Shown: positions 21,801-32,600 of the stretch, in pieces
How positions within the stretch are numbered: position 1 is the stretch's first letter
Layout: the number at the start of each line of letters is the position of its first letter
Translations under genes and position numbers: made by a program
Origin: Giardia intestinalis
Lineage: Eukaryota
Strand: one strand, 5' to 3'
Length of the DNA stretch: 64,000 bases
NCBI GenBank assembly: GCA_000002435.2
Contig: CM018791.1
Notes under the pieces: generated by a model
Seen by the model: only the letters and a program-made list of their open reading frames with translations
What the model was told of the DNA's origin: nothing
The model's database searches: none

Positions 21801-23946
21801 AAGAGTAGAAAAGAGCCAAGAGAACATACACTGCCGCGGTCGGGGCAACGGCTACAAACATCGTTGCTAAGCCACTGATAACAGATGTCATGGAGAGCAG
21901 TCTAAGAATGGCCATTTTCATTTTTAAAATAGAATAATAGATTGCTGAATGATTTGCCTCTTTAAAAACTGAGAGTGCCTTAGAAACAAGTCTGCGGGTA
22001 TCTCTCGTCACATACACTTTGGAGTCCTCCGACCCCCCTGCCACCACAGTATAAAGAAGCTCATAGTAATAGAGGCAAGAAATGGCGAGACGATACGATC
22101 CAGTAGTGTAGAATTCTCCGTCATCTACGCAACTAACAATCAAGCTGACATCCTCCAATGTTGCGACCGTCTTCGCAGTTAGCTCAGGGAGGAATTCGGC
22201 GTCTTCTAATAAGAATTGGCTTCCACACTGCCCTACTATCTCAAAAATTGGCTTAAAAACAGCCTTATCGTATGCTAAGGTAGAAAAGGTCAAAAGTGCC
22301 TGCTCCATTGAAGAGTAGGATAGGGCTATGTTATCTAAATCGGAAAGGTTCATGATGCCGGCCAAACTTTGATTTTCCATTAGAGCATTTGATGCAATTG
22401 ATCGCACTTCAGGAACAGATAGTGTTGAGAGAGTTAAAATGAACACGTCGTAGAAGCACAGCCTTTCAGAAATTGTTGTACCATCATCGCACTCCAGTGG
22501 CCTGGGGTACTTTTGATATCCTGTGCATAAAGAATCATAGAGTAGAGTAAAGGCCTCCTTGTCGGAAATCTGAAGAAAAATCAAGGGGATGTGTCCGCAA
22601 ATAATCGAGGTACTGTGGGTGTCTTTCAACCAGTCTGCAATCCAGATTCCAGTGTCACTTGCTGTTAGCAGTCTAGTGACAACAGTCCGAAGGTTCTGCG
22701 ACGACGTAACACTCCGACGATTAACGGGCACCAGCTCCCAATAGAAGGGGACAATAGCAGGAGTACATGCCGAGGTTGTAGTGGTGAACGCCAGTGCAAC
22801 AATCTCTATATTTCTCTGCAGCAGCTGAGCAGGGCAACTAGCCACGACACGAAGGAGAGCCTCCTGGAGGTCATCTTCTGTGGCATTAAGCACTTTCGTG
22901 CCCGAGACATCCTCAAGAGATATATATGCATCGCAAGCGCGCAAATTGGTGATAGAGAAAAAGCTTGTGAAAATGAGATCTGCGTGGTCGGGAAATGCAG
23001 CTATCAATAGCCAGATTAATCTGAGTAATGCGCTTTTACTACTCTCCCCGAACTCAAATGCTAGAGTCCTGGCTATGTTCCGTAGATAAGTAATAATCCA
23101 TGTCACAGGTTGAGAAACCTCTATAGACCCTAATATGCCAAGAATCTTTCCATGTTCCACCGTTTGCAAGAAGACGTCTATAGCGCCATAGGCTCTGGAA
23201 TCACCACGCTCAACTGAATAGCACAACCTCAGGAACTCTACTGTTTCTGCGTACACCTGCTCGAGGCCTCTAAATATGTACGAGTTAGGACCATGCTGTG
23301 GCACTGGGGGTGGTGCATGGGGTGATGCTCTAGATGCCTGCGTGTTAATGTCTAAGCATAGCTCCACAATGATGCGCTCCCAAGACGAGAGGGGAAAGCA
23401 CACGGATTTAAGATAACTTTCAGCGAACCTTTCTACTAATAAATCAAAATCTGCACCCTTCTCAAGAGATCTCGCAATGGTGCAAGTAACAATGAGCAGC
23501 GTTGCCGCTCTAACAGTCGGGTTCTCAGAGGAATCCCTGAGGCGGCGTGAGCAGAATTGGAGTATTGTTTTTTGGAGGACAGGAGTCATGGAGTTGACGG
23601 AGTAGAGGAGCAAAGCATAGATCTCAGGGAAGGGTTCAGACATAAGGCTGTAAGTTAGCTGAATAAACTCATCTGGTATGGATTCTATTCGTTTATGGCG
23701 ACGCAGAGCCAGAAGGAACAGCTGCAAAATAACTCTGAGAACAAGCTCTTCTTTTTCACTGTTCCGCTCCCGTGCAAATCGCAATAGAGGCTTGTACGAC
23801 AAAATATCGGAGCTATCTCTTAGGCCTAGCTGGACATGAAGTGATAGTCGAACGAGGCTCCGTAATAACTCCAAGGGTGGCTCAGTACAATTACCAAGCT
23901 CCCTTATCAAGTTCATTTTTGAATTTTTGGTTAGAATTTTATTCAT
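18835..23946 (-). CDS. Giant hypothetical protein, 1703 aa (alpha-helical, ARM/HEAT-like)
   Basis: 5.1-kb uninterrupted ORF with a true ATG at 23944-23946. No diagnostic motifs recognised. Confidence 0.8.
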   Translation of the reverse strand: MNKILTKNSKMNLIRELGNCTEPPLELLRSLVRLSLHVQLGLRDSSDILSYKPLLRFARERNSEKEELVLRVILQLFLLALRRHKRIESIPDEFIQLTYSLMSEPFPEIYALLLYSVNSMTPVLQKTILQFCSRRLRDSSENPTVRAATLLIVTCTIARSLEKGADFDLLVERFAESYLKSVCFPLSSWERIIVELCLDINTQASRASPHAPPPVPQHGPNSYIFRGLEQVYAETVEFLRLCYSVERGDSRAYGAIDVFLQTVEHGKILGILGSIEVSQPVTWIITYLRNIARTLAFEFGESSKSALLRLIWLLIAAFPDHADLIFTSFFSITNLRACDAYISLEDVSGTKVLNATEDDLQEALLRVVASCPAQLLQRNIEIVALAFTTTTSACTPAIVPFYWELVPVNRRSVTSSQNLRTVVTRLLTASDTGIWIADWLKDTHSTSIICGHIPLIFLQISDKEAFTLLYDSLCTGYQKYPRPLECDDGTTISERLCFYDVFILTLSTLSVPEVRSIASNALMENQSLAGIMNLSDLDNIALSYSSMEQALLTFSTLAYDKAVFKPIFEIVGQCGSQFLLEDAEFLPELTAKTVATLEDVSLIVSCVDDGEFYTTGSYRLAISCLYYYELLYTVVAGGSEDSKVYVTRDTRRLVSKALSVFKEANHSAIYYSILKMKMAILRLLSMTSVISGLATMFVAVAPTAAVYVLLALFYSCTLLESAYSSGAAASLGVKILGGPGHHGDDHNLQTADKACINLQSTILYHLCTAKDLYYTLFSSNEAIRGGMLRILIFELSVVANIPRTDTVFLSAIHTVKYRNLLRNSISTLIFEGKVIFTPWEKQRLERSLYSISYTKQAINLYDTDKAKAASGTTAMHESDCCFADMCAESQLTAIHYAFSKHSKSQLVEEMRAFVKDGISFAYCLQALGDHVATTEFLLAEPVLRYGLLCAVANVSRSVDSFNNNELLSLFCDSLSGILDSSSKLAHSEQAAVDILALFQDCLYFFQKNYTPDGFTLTTSQILRLYHTMLMVCIENGLTAANSRAVKLCFVPSTTGLLALLPKVHAKLSSKTQLEGLSEVFKPGVISCCLLDFLDAFVLMERIFQLSPNIHKGVHELANLIADLISRLMVSVTRVASLPENNRPLIQTIVIRTVSLLEEFVRPFSGAEDVDAVTRGSTEGHRSRAWFRMVDYQHIGALSMGTLFSFIDCPAVIVSEGSMQICLCYVFSRLYRSFLQFSTLSTDDTELFYKGMLSTALHLQERKKGCGGVEYFYVYTTMLLAHMCKLITGRLNLLPRSDSDIPRATCLATNQVLDGLLEHSLALMASMRELESTFNETYMLAEKSVFLTSSSPSKAYIACLLMLLQRRNPGAALKGSHIENAVQILYALYRKADSKTASIRQESQKLVDHPLEHYILLADLLFCFTTGCEGGSVFMSRFFSQRLGSQMQGQSGDAQSALELDSYGYALVLGLLSKVSDVAAWEISSEHPRTAAYTHRLVYICHVLITKHMKYEHIDAITKQRIVTTFLRTLMTNLASVFSVIRPKDSLDLQTQFMLLETIIALVGMLPLPAGAYPNSLPPETGSFYIQLLDFVNGLATLHYTARGGASVQNNEDDRMLLYASSLAATLMCPQLMTHAIMSKCNQCSSTIRQYLAKNKATFGQAGVDVAMLSFICLARNCIDDRNDLKGDIFPAVISQACRGIFKL

Positions 23947-24316
23947 TTTGCAAGAACTAGGACTACCTGTTCGGCGGGCGGTGTCGGGGATGCCATAGGC
24001 TCCATGAATAAATTGCTGGCATGAGGAACGAACAGTGAGAAGGATTGAAAAATCATTTACTCATCACAATTGGATTGCGCACGATGCAAATATGAGCTCT
24101 GCAATTATGCAACTTTAAAGGTCATAACTTATAGATTGCTTTGTACAGGTGCTTATGTTTGCATGCGCAGGCCAAGCTCATGCGCAGCAGCAGGCAAACC
24201 GACCATAGTTTGAGGCTCTACGCTAACATTTGCTGCAAAACTTAAAGCATAAAGTAATACAATCATCCAGAGTTAAAAGCCCTTTGGTATCTGCTTCTAG
24301 CTCAAGAAAGAGACCA

Positions 24317-26158
24317 TCACGGTGGAAATGGATTGGGTCGGGCCTTAAATTGCTCAAACACAGGCCTCGCTATACATTTTTCATGCCGTTTGGAAGCAGA
24401 GATGGACCTGGGCCGAGTCCCAGATGCCAACGGATAAATGCTTTCAATGGTATTTGTGGAACTGACTCGGGCACTTTTGCTAAAGCGCCGTGTCTGAGGA
24501 CTGTCATAGGTTTTCAAGCTAGCTGTTTTGGCGCTACTTGATCTACAAGCATGTACACTTTGGGGGTGGTCATGAGCCTTCAACCGTGCCTGTATTCTAT
24601 GTCCTAATGCATGTATTTGGTTAATGTCGGACTCCATCGCGTCCAGAGCTTTATCAGTTTCTCCGCGTAGGATCCATAGCTTATTGAGAGCCGACTTTTT
24701 GGCTGAGATTGCCTGGCAGAGAAGCCTTATTTCTTCGCCGCGCTCCCACGTTCTGTTGGGATCCTCCTTGGCAATTTTAAGCACCTCATCCAAGTGCTGC
24801 TGAAAGCTGCGGAGCTCTGCTTCAGTACTGGTGATTAAGTCTGCTATCATTGGTATTTGCTTACGATGAATAATATGTAGTTTGTTGCTCTGATTACCTG
24901 TGCTCTGCTTTTTCCGCATGCGTGACGAACTCTTTCGAACGCTTCTTCTGCCTGAAGACTTGCGTGACGACGCCCGAGAGGACCCACTGCTGGAGGGAAT
25001 GCTAGTGTTTGGACTTGATAGTAGCCTATGAGTCTGTGGAGGGTTCTCAGAGATGCTGGAAATTGGGGTGCCTTTAACCGTTGTTTCTTTATCAGGTATG
25101 TAAGACGTTGAGGTGAAGCCGTTGGGATAACGTGTAGCTTTTGCTATATTCATCTGTGTTTGTTTGCTTGGAGTTTTAATGGAAGCAACTCTTAAAGCTG
25201 CGCCTGGAGAACTTTGCAAGAAGACGCTATGTGATGTAGGCTCTCCATGTACTTGTTGAAAAGAATCAGATGTCCTTGTTAGGTCTATACTCTGCACTGG
25301 ATCATCTAATTTTACCACGTTCTTGTGCTTGAGCTTTGTAATAGGCTGGACATCAGTAGTGCTGTCGACTGTGTACGCTATCGCAGACGTATCTACACTA
25401 GGTCCAGTAACAGATGTGCTATCAAGCTCGTTGTGAGACGAAAGCGGAGACTGAAATTCGTCATATGCTATTTCGTGGACGATGTTTGCTAGAGTGACAC
25501 AGCTTTTCCGTGTTTTGTCAAGGTCTTCTTGCATGGATCTGAGTTCTTCTGTCAACGACTCAGAAGTCATGGTCTTCTGATCAAGACGTGCTAATAGAGC
25601 ATCATATTTTCTCTGAAGATCTAAAAGTTGCATTCGCGTCTCACCCTCAGTTGTAATTCCCTGTCTACCCAATGTGCTACTGTCGTCCATTGGCCTCAGA
25701 AAGTTAGATGGTGTTGGCGTAGACGTGCTGGGATGTAACTGGTCCTGTTGTGTTGTAAATGCCTTGTGGGCCTTGTTGACACTCTCTTTATCAAAGACTT
25801 CCGAACGCTTTTCTCGCAGCATAGATAAGCCAGTTGGTATAGACCCCAAACCACTGAACTGCTTACCTCTGGAGGGATCTGTGCGTACACACCATGAAGC
25901 GGTAGGAGAGGGCGTCAGTAACGGATGGACTGAAGCTTGTGGAGGCGGTGCAGAGGATGGAAGGGCACTAGATAGCGACGCGCTGCTGGGATAATCATTG
26001 GACGATGCGGTAGCAAGACTTGGGGTTTTAATGCTTGAGGAAGGAGGACTGTGTAGTGCAGTGAATGTGCCTGGAGAAGTGAATGGAAAGGTAGGGTGTA
26101 CAGGTGGTGGGCAGTATGAGGCCAGACGCAGAGCCTCAGAGAAAGATGGTCCTTGCAT
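24317..26158 (-). CDS. Ser/Pro-rich coiled-coil hypothetical protein, 613 aa
   Basis: True ATG at 26156-26158. The N-terminus is Pro/Ser low complexity, and the centre has heptad coiled coils (QLLDLQRKYDALLARLDQK; LRSFQQHLDEVLKIAKED). Confidence 0.7.
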   Translation of the reverse strand: MQGPSFSEALRLASYCPPPVHPTFPFTSPGTFTALHSPPSSSIKTPSLATASSNDYPSSASLSSALPSSAPPPQASVHPLLTPSPTASWCVRTDPSRGKQFSGLGSIPTGLSMLREKRSEVFDKESVNKAHKAFTTQQDQLHPSTSTPTPSNFLRPMDDSSTLGRQGITTEGETRMQLLDLQRKYDALLARLDQKTMTSESLTEELRSMQEDLDKTRKSCVTLANIVHEIAYDEFQSPLSSHNELDSTSVTGPSVDTSAIAYTVDSTTDVQPITKLKHKNVVKLDDPVQSIDLTRTSDSFQQVHGEPTSHSVFLQSSPGAALRVASIKTPSKQTQMNIAKATRYPNGFTSTSYIPDKETTVKGTPISSISENPPQTHRLLSSPNTSIPSSSGSSRASSRKSSGRRSVRKSSSRMRKKQSTGNQSNKLHIIHRKQIPMIADLITSTEAELRSFQQHLDEVLKIAKEDPNRTWERGEEIRLLCQAISAKKSALNKLWILRGETDKALDAMESDINQIHALGHRIQARLKAHDHPQSVHACRSSSAKTASLKTYDSPQTRRFSKSARVSSTNTIESIYPLASGTRPRSISASKRHEKCIARPVFEQFKARPNPFPP

Positions 26159-26228
26159 TTATGGTTTGATTGTAAAGATTGCAAAAAATCGACGGAAGCC
26201 AGTAGCACTAACTAGCGGTCGTACAATT

Positions 26229-28832
26229 ATGTCTAAAGCAGCTACTGCGCCGTCGGTTTCGGAAGATAAGAGCATAGTGCAGCATTCTACCTTCAGAGCG
26301 TCCCCCTTTCATAAGCGACAACGTAGAGAAAGCATTCTAACTATGTTAGCAATACTATATATGGATGCTGGTAAAATCTTGTTATACCTTCTTCTCAAGA
26401 TACTCCAGAGCATCCTCTCTTTTTGGTACATGTCTACCCTGTCAATCACAATTAATGCATACGCAATTGCATCTCAAAATACCGGATTTTATAGATTGAC
26501 GCGGCGGCATATACATCAGGAATATTTTAAAACATTTGAGGAGGGCTACCGTGCTGGGTTCTCATGGTTAGTGTATCGCATGATTGACAGATTTCTAAAT
26601 CAAAAATCCCTAGCTGTCCATCTAAGCAATGAGGTCGTCGAGAACCCATTCGGTGACACAGTATGTGGCATGGAACACGCCCTAGTGTACATGTGTGTGC
26701 AGTTTTTCATCTTGTCGTTTTGGTCATTTTGTTACTCTATCTTGCAGGCGTATATTCAGCGTATATCGAACGTGATAAAGGACATTATCAACAATCGGAT
26801 TTACATATCCTTTCTTTCTGTCCTCCTAACTCGTCACCTTTCTCAGCCGTACCAACAGCTGGAGCAAGAGTCTTCAGGCGAGCGCGCATCCACCCTGAAC
26901 GAGTACTCTCAGACCATGGCGAATCTCATAACGGGTCTACTTGAGAAGGCCATTCCATCTGTCAGTTACTTCTTAATAATGCTAGTGACGACTCTTTTAA
27001 GAGAAAAGCCGTCCTTGAATAGCCTAAATGACGAGAAGACTAACGTAGCCAACAGAAAACCGAAAAGAAAGGATTCCAAAAAGCCTCAGTTTTCTTCTAT
27101 TGCCTCCACAATCCATGACAGACACGCCCTTGCACTAATACTTATTGCCCTGTTACCGGTTCCTTTTAACGTCTTTGTGGTTGCCTCCGTGGAGCGCCAA
27201 AGGTTTGCGCTCAGTTCTTCCCGCAACTCTGCTAAGATGCAGTCTGTTGCCCTGCTAACCGAAGTAACTTCGCGCTATAGGCTAATAAAGCTGTATGACG
27301 CTGTCTCCTATGAAATAAGTAATGTATGTAAGCTAATGCACAAGTTCAAAAGCGTTGACATTGTCAACATTCTTTTGAGAAGCACGTCTAGAAAGGTTAA
27401 GAGCCTCACTAAAAGGTACACGTCGTCGGTTCTAACCCTGGGATCGGCTATTTATTTATCGCTAAACATCCTAAGCTACAGGCAAATCCAGCAGATAAGA
27501 TACATAGTAAGCACAGTCACAACCCAGATAACAAAGTTATTAGAAATCCCTGGAGTAATAGTAGACATTCACGAGCACTTTGGTGTGATTATTAAGGAAC
27601 TATCGAAACCCCAAGAAGCGGGACTATCAAGTGATAACACTGTTGGGTTTGCGGCCACGTGTGCATACTTACAACAGCATTGGACGGATATTACTAGATC
27701 CTCTTGTAAAGCTGATTCTTCCTTCAGTTTGAAGGCTTGGACTAGGAGCTTCTTTAAGAGAGCAGCTTGCTACATCAATATCGGTATTATTAAAATCATT
27801 CCACCGGTGTTCCGTTACAAGTATCCAGCTAGTCTTGTGACCTCAACAAGTCCGGATATCAATGAAAGGATGTATGTGCAGGAGCTCATGGCTGAATCAC
27901 AACAGTACGTCACCTTGCAAGAGCCTTTCCCTTTAACTCGGCCCATTCAGCCATGTACTCCCACATCTATAGAATTCCGAGACGTCTGCTTTTCTTACAA
28001 AACGGGCTGTGATATTTTGCATGGCCTGACCCTGTCTGTTCATCCCGGCCAGAAGGTTGCTATCGTGGGGAGGTCTGGGATCGGCAAGTCCACGATCATC
28101 AACCTCTTGACGCGGCTATACACCACACCCCAGCCTCAGGACACTTCGTCGCCCGGAATCTATCTCAATGGCAGGGCTATAGGGTCCATCCCACGCGAGG
28201 AGCTACGGAGGCTTATAACAGTCGTCCCGCAGGATAACATACTCATCAGGGGCTCTGCCACGGACAACATCGCCTATGGACAGCCTCGCAAGCTCCCGGG
28301 CTCCCACGCAGAAGAGGAGCAGAGGCGCTACATCCGAGAAGTCATTCGGCTATGCTACGAGGCTTCCCGTGTCGCTGCGGCTGAAGAGCTCCTGGGAGAT
28401 GCACCATACAGTGGAACTCTGCAGGGCCTTTCTGGGGGACAACGCCAACGGGTAGGAATTGCCAGAGCTGTCGCACGTGGAGGCAGCGTTCTTGTGCTCG
28501 ACGAGGCGACGTCGGCACTCGACGAAGAGACAGAGAAGCGGGTCCTCCAACAGCTATTCCGCTCACTGGACCGCAACCAGAGCGTCGTCATTATCAGTCA
28601 CAGACTCTCCACTCTCAGGCATGTCGACCTGATTTATATTCTAGATAATCCAGATGGCAGTGGAGCGCGCGTGGTAGAGTCAGGCTCGTACGACTGGTTC
28701 GTTGCCGAAAGCCAATATCTGAAGGATGCAGGCCAGGATATCTCTGACCTTGTGAGTAACTGTGGCTGTAGCAGCGCAGGTGTTACCCCAGGCTTCTCCC
28801 ATGCAACTCTTGATGCAAAGGGGGATCTGTAG
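26229..28832 (+). CDS. ABC transporter, ABCB-type half transporter (transmembrane domain plus C-terminal nucleotide-binding domain)
   Basis: Walker A 'GRSGIGKST', ABC signature 'LSGGQRQRVGIARAV', Walker B 'VLVLDEATSALD' and H-loop 'IISHRLST' are all present, with hydrophobic helices upstream. The ORF-track start at 25998 is a TTG and would overlap the divergent gene. The first ATG that clears that neighbour is 26229 (MSKAATAP...), preceded by an aaaaaat stretch. Confidence 0.85.
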   Translation: MSKAATAPSVSEDKSIVQHSTFRASPFHKRQRRESILTMLAILYMDAGKILLYLLLKILQSILSFWYMSTLSITINAYAIASQNTGFYRLTRRHIHQEYFKTFEEGYRAGFSWLVYRMIDRFLNQKSLAVHLSNEVVENPFGDTVCGMEHALVYMCVQFFILSFWSFCYSILQAYIQRISNVIKDIINNRIYISFLSVLLTRHLSQPYQQLEQESSGERASTLNEYSQTMANLITGLLEKAIPSVSYFLIMLVTTLLREKPSLNSLNDEKTNVANRKPKRKDSKKPQFSSIASTIHDRHALALILIALLPVPFNVFVVASVERQRFALSSSRNSAKMQSVALLTEVTSRYRLIKLYDAVSYEISNVCKLMHKFKSVDIVNILLRSTSRKVKSLTKRYTSSVLTLGSAIYLSLNILSYRQIQQIRYIVSTVTTQITKLLEIPGVIVDIHEHFGVIIKELSKPQEAGLSSDNTVGFAATCAYLQQHWTDITRSSCKADSSFSLKAWTRSFFKRAACYINIGIIKIIPPVFRYKYPASLVTSTSPDINERMYVQELMAESQQYVTLQEPFPLTRPIQPCTPTSIEFRDVCFSYKTGCDILHGLTLSVHPGQKVAIVGRSGIGKSTIINLLTRLYTTPQPQDTSSPGIYLNGRAIGSIPREELRRLITVVPQDNILIRGSATDNIAYGQPRKLPGSHAEEEQRRYIREVIRLCYEASRVAAAEELLGDAPYSGTLQGLSGGQRQRVGIARAVARGGSVLVLDEATSALDEETEKRVLQQLFRSLDRNQSVVIISHRLSTLRHVDLIYILDNPDGSGARVVESGSYDWFVAESQYLKDAGQDISDLVSNCGCSSAGVTPGFSHATLDAKGDL

Positions 28833-29201
28833 AAACAAAGCACACCTGGTGGCGAAGACGAGTAAAATAAAAATGCCAGCAAATGAACACTGCGCAGATC
28901 TGATTTCTCGCCTGTTATATTTGCGCTCCCCACAAGCTCTGTACATAAATAGACGCGTCGAAGAGCGGTCTACATAAGACAGTTGATAAATAAAATTTTG
29001 TTGTGGGCTGACACGCATTCACCCTTTTTGTTGAAGCCTAATGATAGCAATAATCATAATTTGTACCTTGTAAAGAGTGCTTCGTCCCTGTCTAAGCTCT
29101 ATCCTGAGTTGCAGGATGAGGCAGAACGACGCAAGGCACAGGAGGTCGGCGAGGCCTCTACCGCCGATGTCGATCTGCTGCACTGCAACAGCATCTATCT
29201 G

Positions 29202-29552
29202 ATGGAGCAGTACATACCCCACAGTGCGGTGTTCAAACTATACACATATCGAGGCATGATTATCCACACAGACTTTCGTGCTCCACTTCGTCTCCCAGAA
29301 GCCTTTCATCCAGGAGGATTGTACGAAGCATACGGAGCTTGTGACACTTCGGAGGCTAGTTACCGGAAGATAAATTCACAAACGTGTCTGGAGATCCAGA
29401 CCAGCATCGCATATGCTCCGACTCCCGTGGAATGGCGCCTGGTCCAGAGCGTTGCCCAGCTGATTTACACCTCGCTGGGATTGTCCATACTGGGGATTGA
29501 TGCTCTTTTCGTTTTAATTTCATACAATCGATTTCACTTTATTTTGACCTGA
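29202..29552 (+). CDS. Doubtful small ORF (about 116 aa from the first ATG; the ORF-track version starts at a TTG at 28983)
   Basis: No motif. It sits in an 820-bp stretch with otherwise weak coding signal, and is retained only as a possibility. Confidence 0.2.
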   Translation: MEQYIPHSAVFKLYTYRGMIIHTDFRAPLRLPEAFHPGGLYEAYGACDTSEASYRKINSQTCLEIQTSIAYAPTPVEWRLVQSVAQLIYTSLGLSILGIDALFVLISYNRFHFILT

Positions 29553-29649
29553 GAAACATAGATAGATTGGTTTAAAAAATATTTATTTTGAATTTGCCTT
29601 TTGATCAAGTACACGTCAAAGATAGTATATGGATTATATTTAATTAAAA

Positions 29650-32600
29650 ATGAAACGATGCATTGCACGGCGAGAGCTTTTACCGGGGCCATTTTTGATT
29701 CCAATCGTAGTCTTTCCTTTTATTGTCCTATTATCCTCATTGAAATTCTTTGGCTTGAACTCCTCGCAGAAGAAGATCTTGCCACTTAGCGCATACTTTT
29801 TACTCATGATTCTCATGAGCTTTGTGGAGCTTGGAGCCCTGTCCTTCGCTTTCGCTCTGCTCCATTACGCCTTTTGCCAAAAGCTTCCTTTGCCACCAAT
29901 TTTCGTCAATCTTTTTTTGATTGTTATCTGCTTGGGGCTCTTTGCAGGAACTCTGTATGATCTTGAATCAGCGAGAGAATGTCAAACTATTTTCACACTG
30001 TCCGTACTCCAAACCTATGTCTTCCACGTTGCATATCCTTCCTGGCCACTTCCGGACAACTATATTGTTGGACGGAAAACATCTACTGAAGGAATGAAGG
30101 TTCTATTTGAAAGTATCCGACTCCATTACAAGCACTGGGCCATTATTTTCAGCATTATATCTGCTTTAATAGTAGCTACCATTATTACATTGGTAATGAA
30201 TTGGGACACCTTCGTTTTTTCTCTCTTTTCACGAAGAACGCTTGTGGCCCAGCACAAGCGCATTCCCGCTCGAGCAGACCTTGCAGATAAGAGCTTACGG
30301 GTTCTAAACAGCATCAGTGGGTTCTCTGTGAAGGCGCCTCCAGCAATCCATCAACTTACCAAATCAGTCCTGTTCTACTCTGAGCAAGCGATTACAAGTC
30401 AGTCCATTGAAATGCAGAAAGCCCAGACACTGTCTTCAGTTTCTGGACAGCACCAGAGCGAAGCCAGTGCCCTAGGGACGCGTATACTTGATGGAGTTGC
30501 AGTTTCAGAACGGCGAAAGTTCCCTGTCAAGCTCTACGATAACCTCTTCACTTCTCCAGAGTTCCTGGTTGCTGCCGTGTGCACTTTATTTTATATTATC
30601 ATCTTGCTTGTGATGATCGTCAGAAAGTCCGTACTCCCGACCTTCCTTGACAGGGGGGCTCCGATGTCGTACATATTTCTGAAGCAGATGGGGCCGTATC
30701 AAGCGTCGCTGTTCAGCACTGAAGATACCTATACCGCTATGGTCCAACGCATCCGGTCACAGTACACGCTGTCTCCAGAGGAGTGCTGGCTTGACCAGCG
30801 GGAGCCCCCCGTTTATCCTCTTCTCTACGCGTCCCACGATGTCTGCTGTGCGTATAACCGTGCCGTTGAGGGCGTGGACTGCACTGCGCTAAGATCAGGT
30901 CCTGCTGACCTGAAGCAAAAGATAAGGTCCGACCCCGGGCTTCAGTCTGACCCCCCAAACGTCGTCATTCTTTTCTGGGAAAGCTTGAGTCTGAGTCCGT
31001 ATTTCTACACAGACGCGTTCCTTCAGGGACAAGAGCAGCTCCTGCGCTCGGCAGATGGTATGCTGAAGGCAACTATCGTCCCTAACCTGCAGAGGTTCGT
31101 ACAAGATGGCATTTCCTTTGTTAATTCGGCCTCCTTGGGACTCCCCACAGTTTCTGGATGGCACTCGCTGATGACTGGCCTGGTCCCCAACTTCTATGGG
31201 GTGAATATGATCACATCTGCCGTCACAGATGTTTATGGGCTACCACAATTCTTTTCAGATGCAGGATATAAGAACTTCTATGTTAACTCTGGCTCGTTTA
31301 CTTTTGACGGACAAGATGCCTGGGTGACTCGCCCAGGTTGGTTTACTGATGTTGTATACTATTACCCAACAGACGAGCAGGCCGAGGAGCTTGGAGTGGA
31401 TCCAGAGAGTGTTCCTCAAACACAATCTTGGGTTGCAGATCGAATAACTAACCGACAGTTTATCACTACCTTCTCTGACGTTGCAGAGAAGGATCCGACC
31501 AAACCTATTCTGGGTGTTTACATGAACGTTGACACCCACACGCCCTTCACCGGGTTCGACAAGGAAGAGTTCTACTCCGACGAAGTACTGGATGGCATGA
31601 TTGCATCCTGCCAAGCCGATCCGGAGACCCCCGAGTGCAGGTTCCTGTTGGATCCGTACATTGTGAAGTACGCTCGGGTCCTAAAGTACTCCGACAAGTA
31701 CTTCCTCGGAAAGACCCTGGAGTTTCTAGAAGCTCATCATCCCAACACCATAGTCGTGATTGTCGGGGACCATGGCACGAGGGTCTCCATTGATAAGAAG
31801 CGTCTAAGAAAAGGCGTAAGTGATGCTTGGACATACAGCGAGGAGTGCCTTACAGCCGCATTTCTCGACGACAACGCCTTTGTTACGGGTGCATACCTAC
31901 GCTACCTCGGCGGCCCAGGAAAAGGCACCTACAACGCACGAGTGTATGACTTCTTTGAAAAGTGGAGAGGGACTGCTTATATGGGCACCACAGACAACCG
32001 CGAAGCAGTGCACCTGGCCTATCTTCTCGCTGTGGATGAGAATCGACGCACAAAAGTGCCCAGCTACCGACTCACACGGAACCTGGCAGACGTCCTGCAG
32101 AACGCATCTCTGGGGCGTGCTCTCAGTCCGTGGCACAGTGTTTCTTCTGTTGGTCTCGGGGTAGAGTACAGGACGGAGAGGACGCTCTATCGAACAAACA
32201 GTCAAGACCGATCTGGAGCGCTGCAATATGGGGATATTAAGGGCCTCACATGCATTGACATAATTGATAAGGGTTCAGGGCAAGCCCGCAAGGACCAGGT
32301 CAGAACAAGTCACACACTCCGTGTGGTAGAAGATAGCGATATGTACAATCAGGCGATTGAACTTGTCCAATTCCATAACTTCCTCCTCACTAACGGCCGG
32401 ATATTCCACAAGTCGTTCTCCAACACAACGTGCGTCGGTGAGTCGTATGTTGCGGGGACCGATGAGCCCAGGTGCTCGTTTCCAGCGCCTGATGGAAAGC
32501 GCGCAAGCCAGTGGCTATTCGGGGCGATTCTGGGCGTCATGGCTGTTATCGGTGCCGCAGTCGGTGGGGTACTCTCTTCAATAGCTTACTGTTGGCGTTA

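Noticed and set aside
25998-26228. N-terminal extension of the ABC transporter ORF that overlaps the divergent gene by 160 bp
   Set aside because: The ORF-track 'M' at 25998 is a TTG. Using the first ATG that clears the neighbour (26229) removes the overlap and leaves an AT-rich 70-bp promoter spacer. The same logic applies to the kinesin (GTG at 50493 versus ATG at 50400), the esterase (GTG at 35475) and the LRR gene (TTG at 62238).
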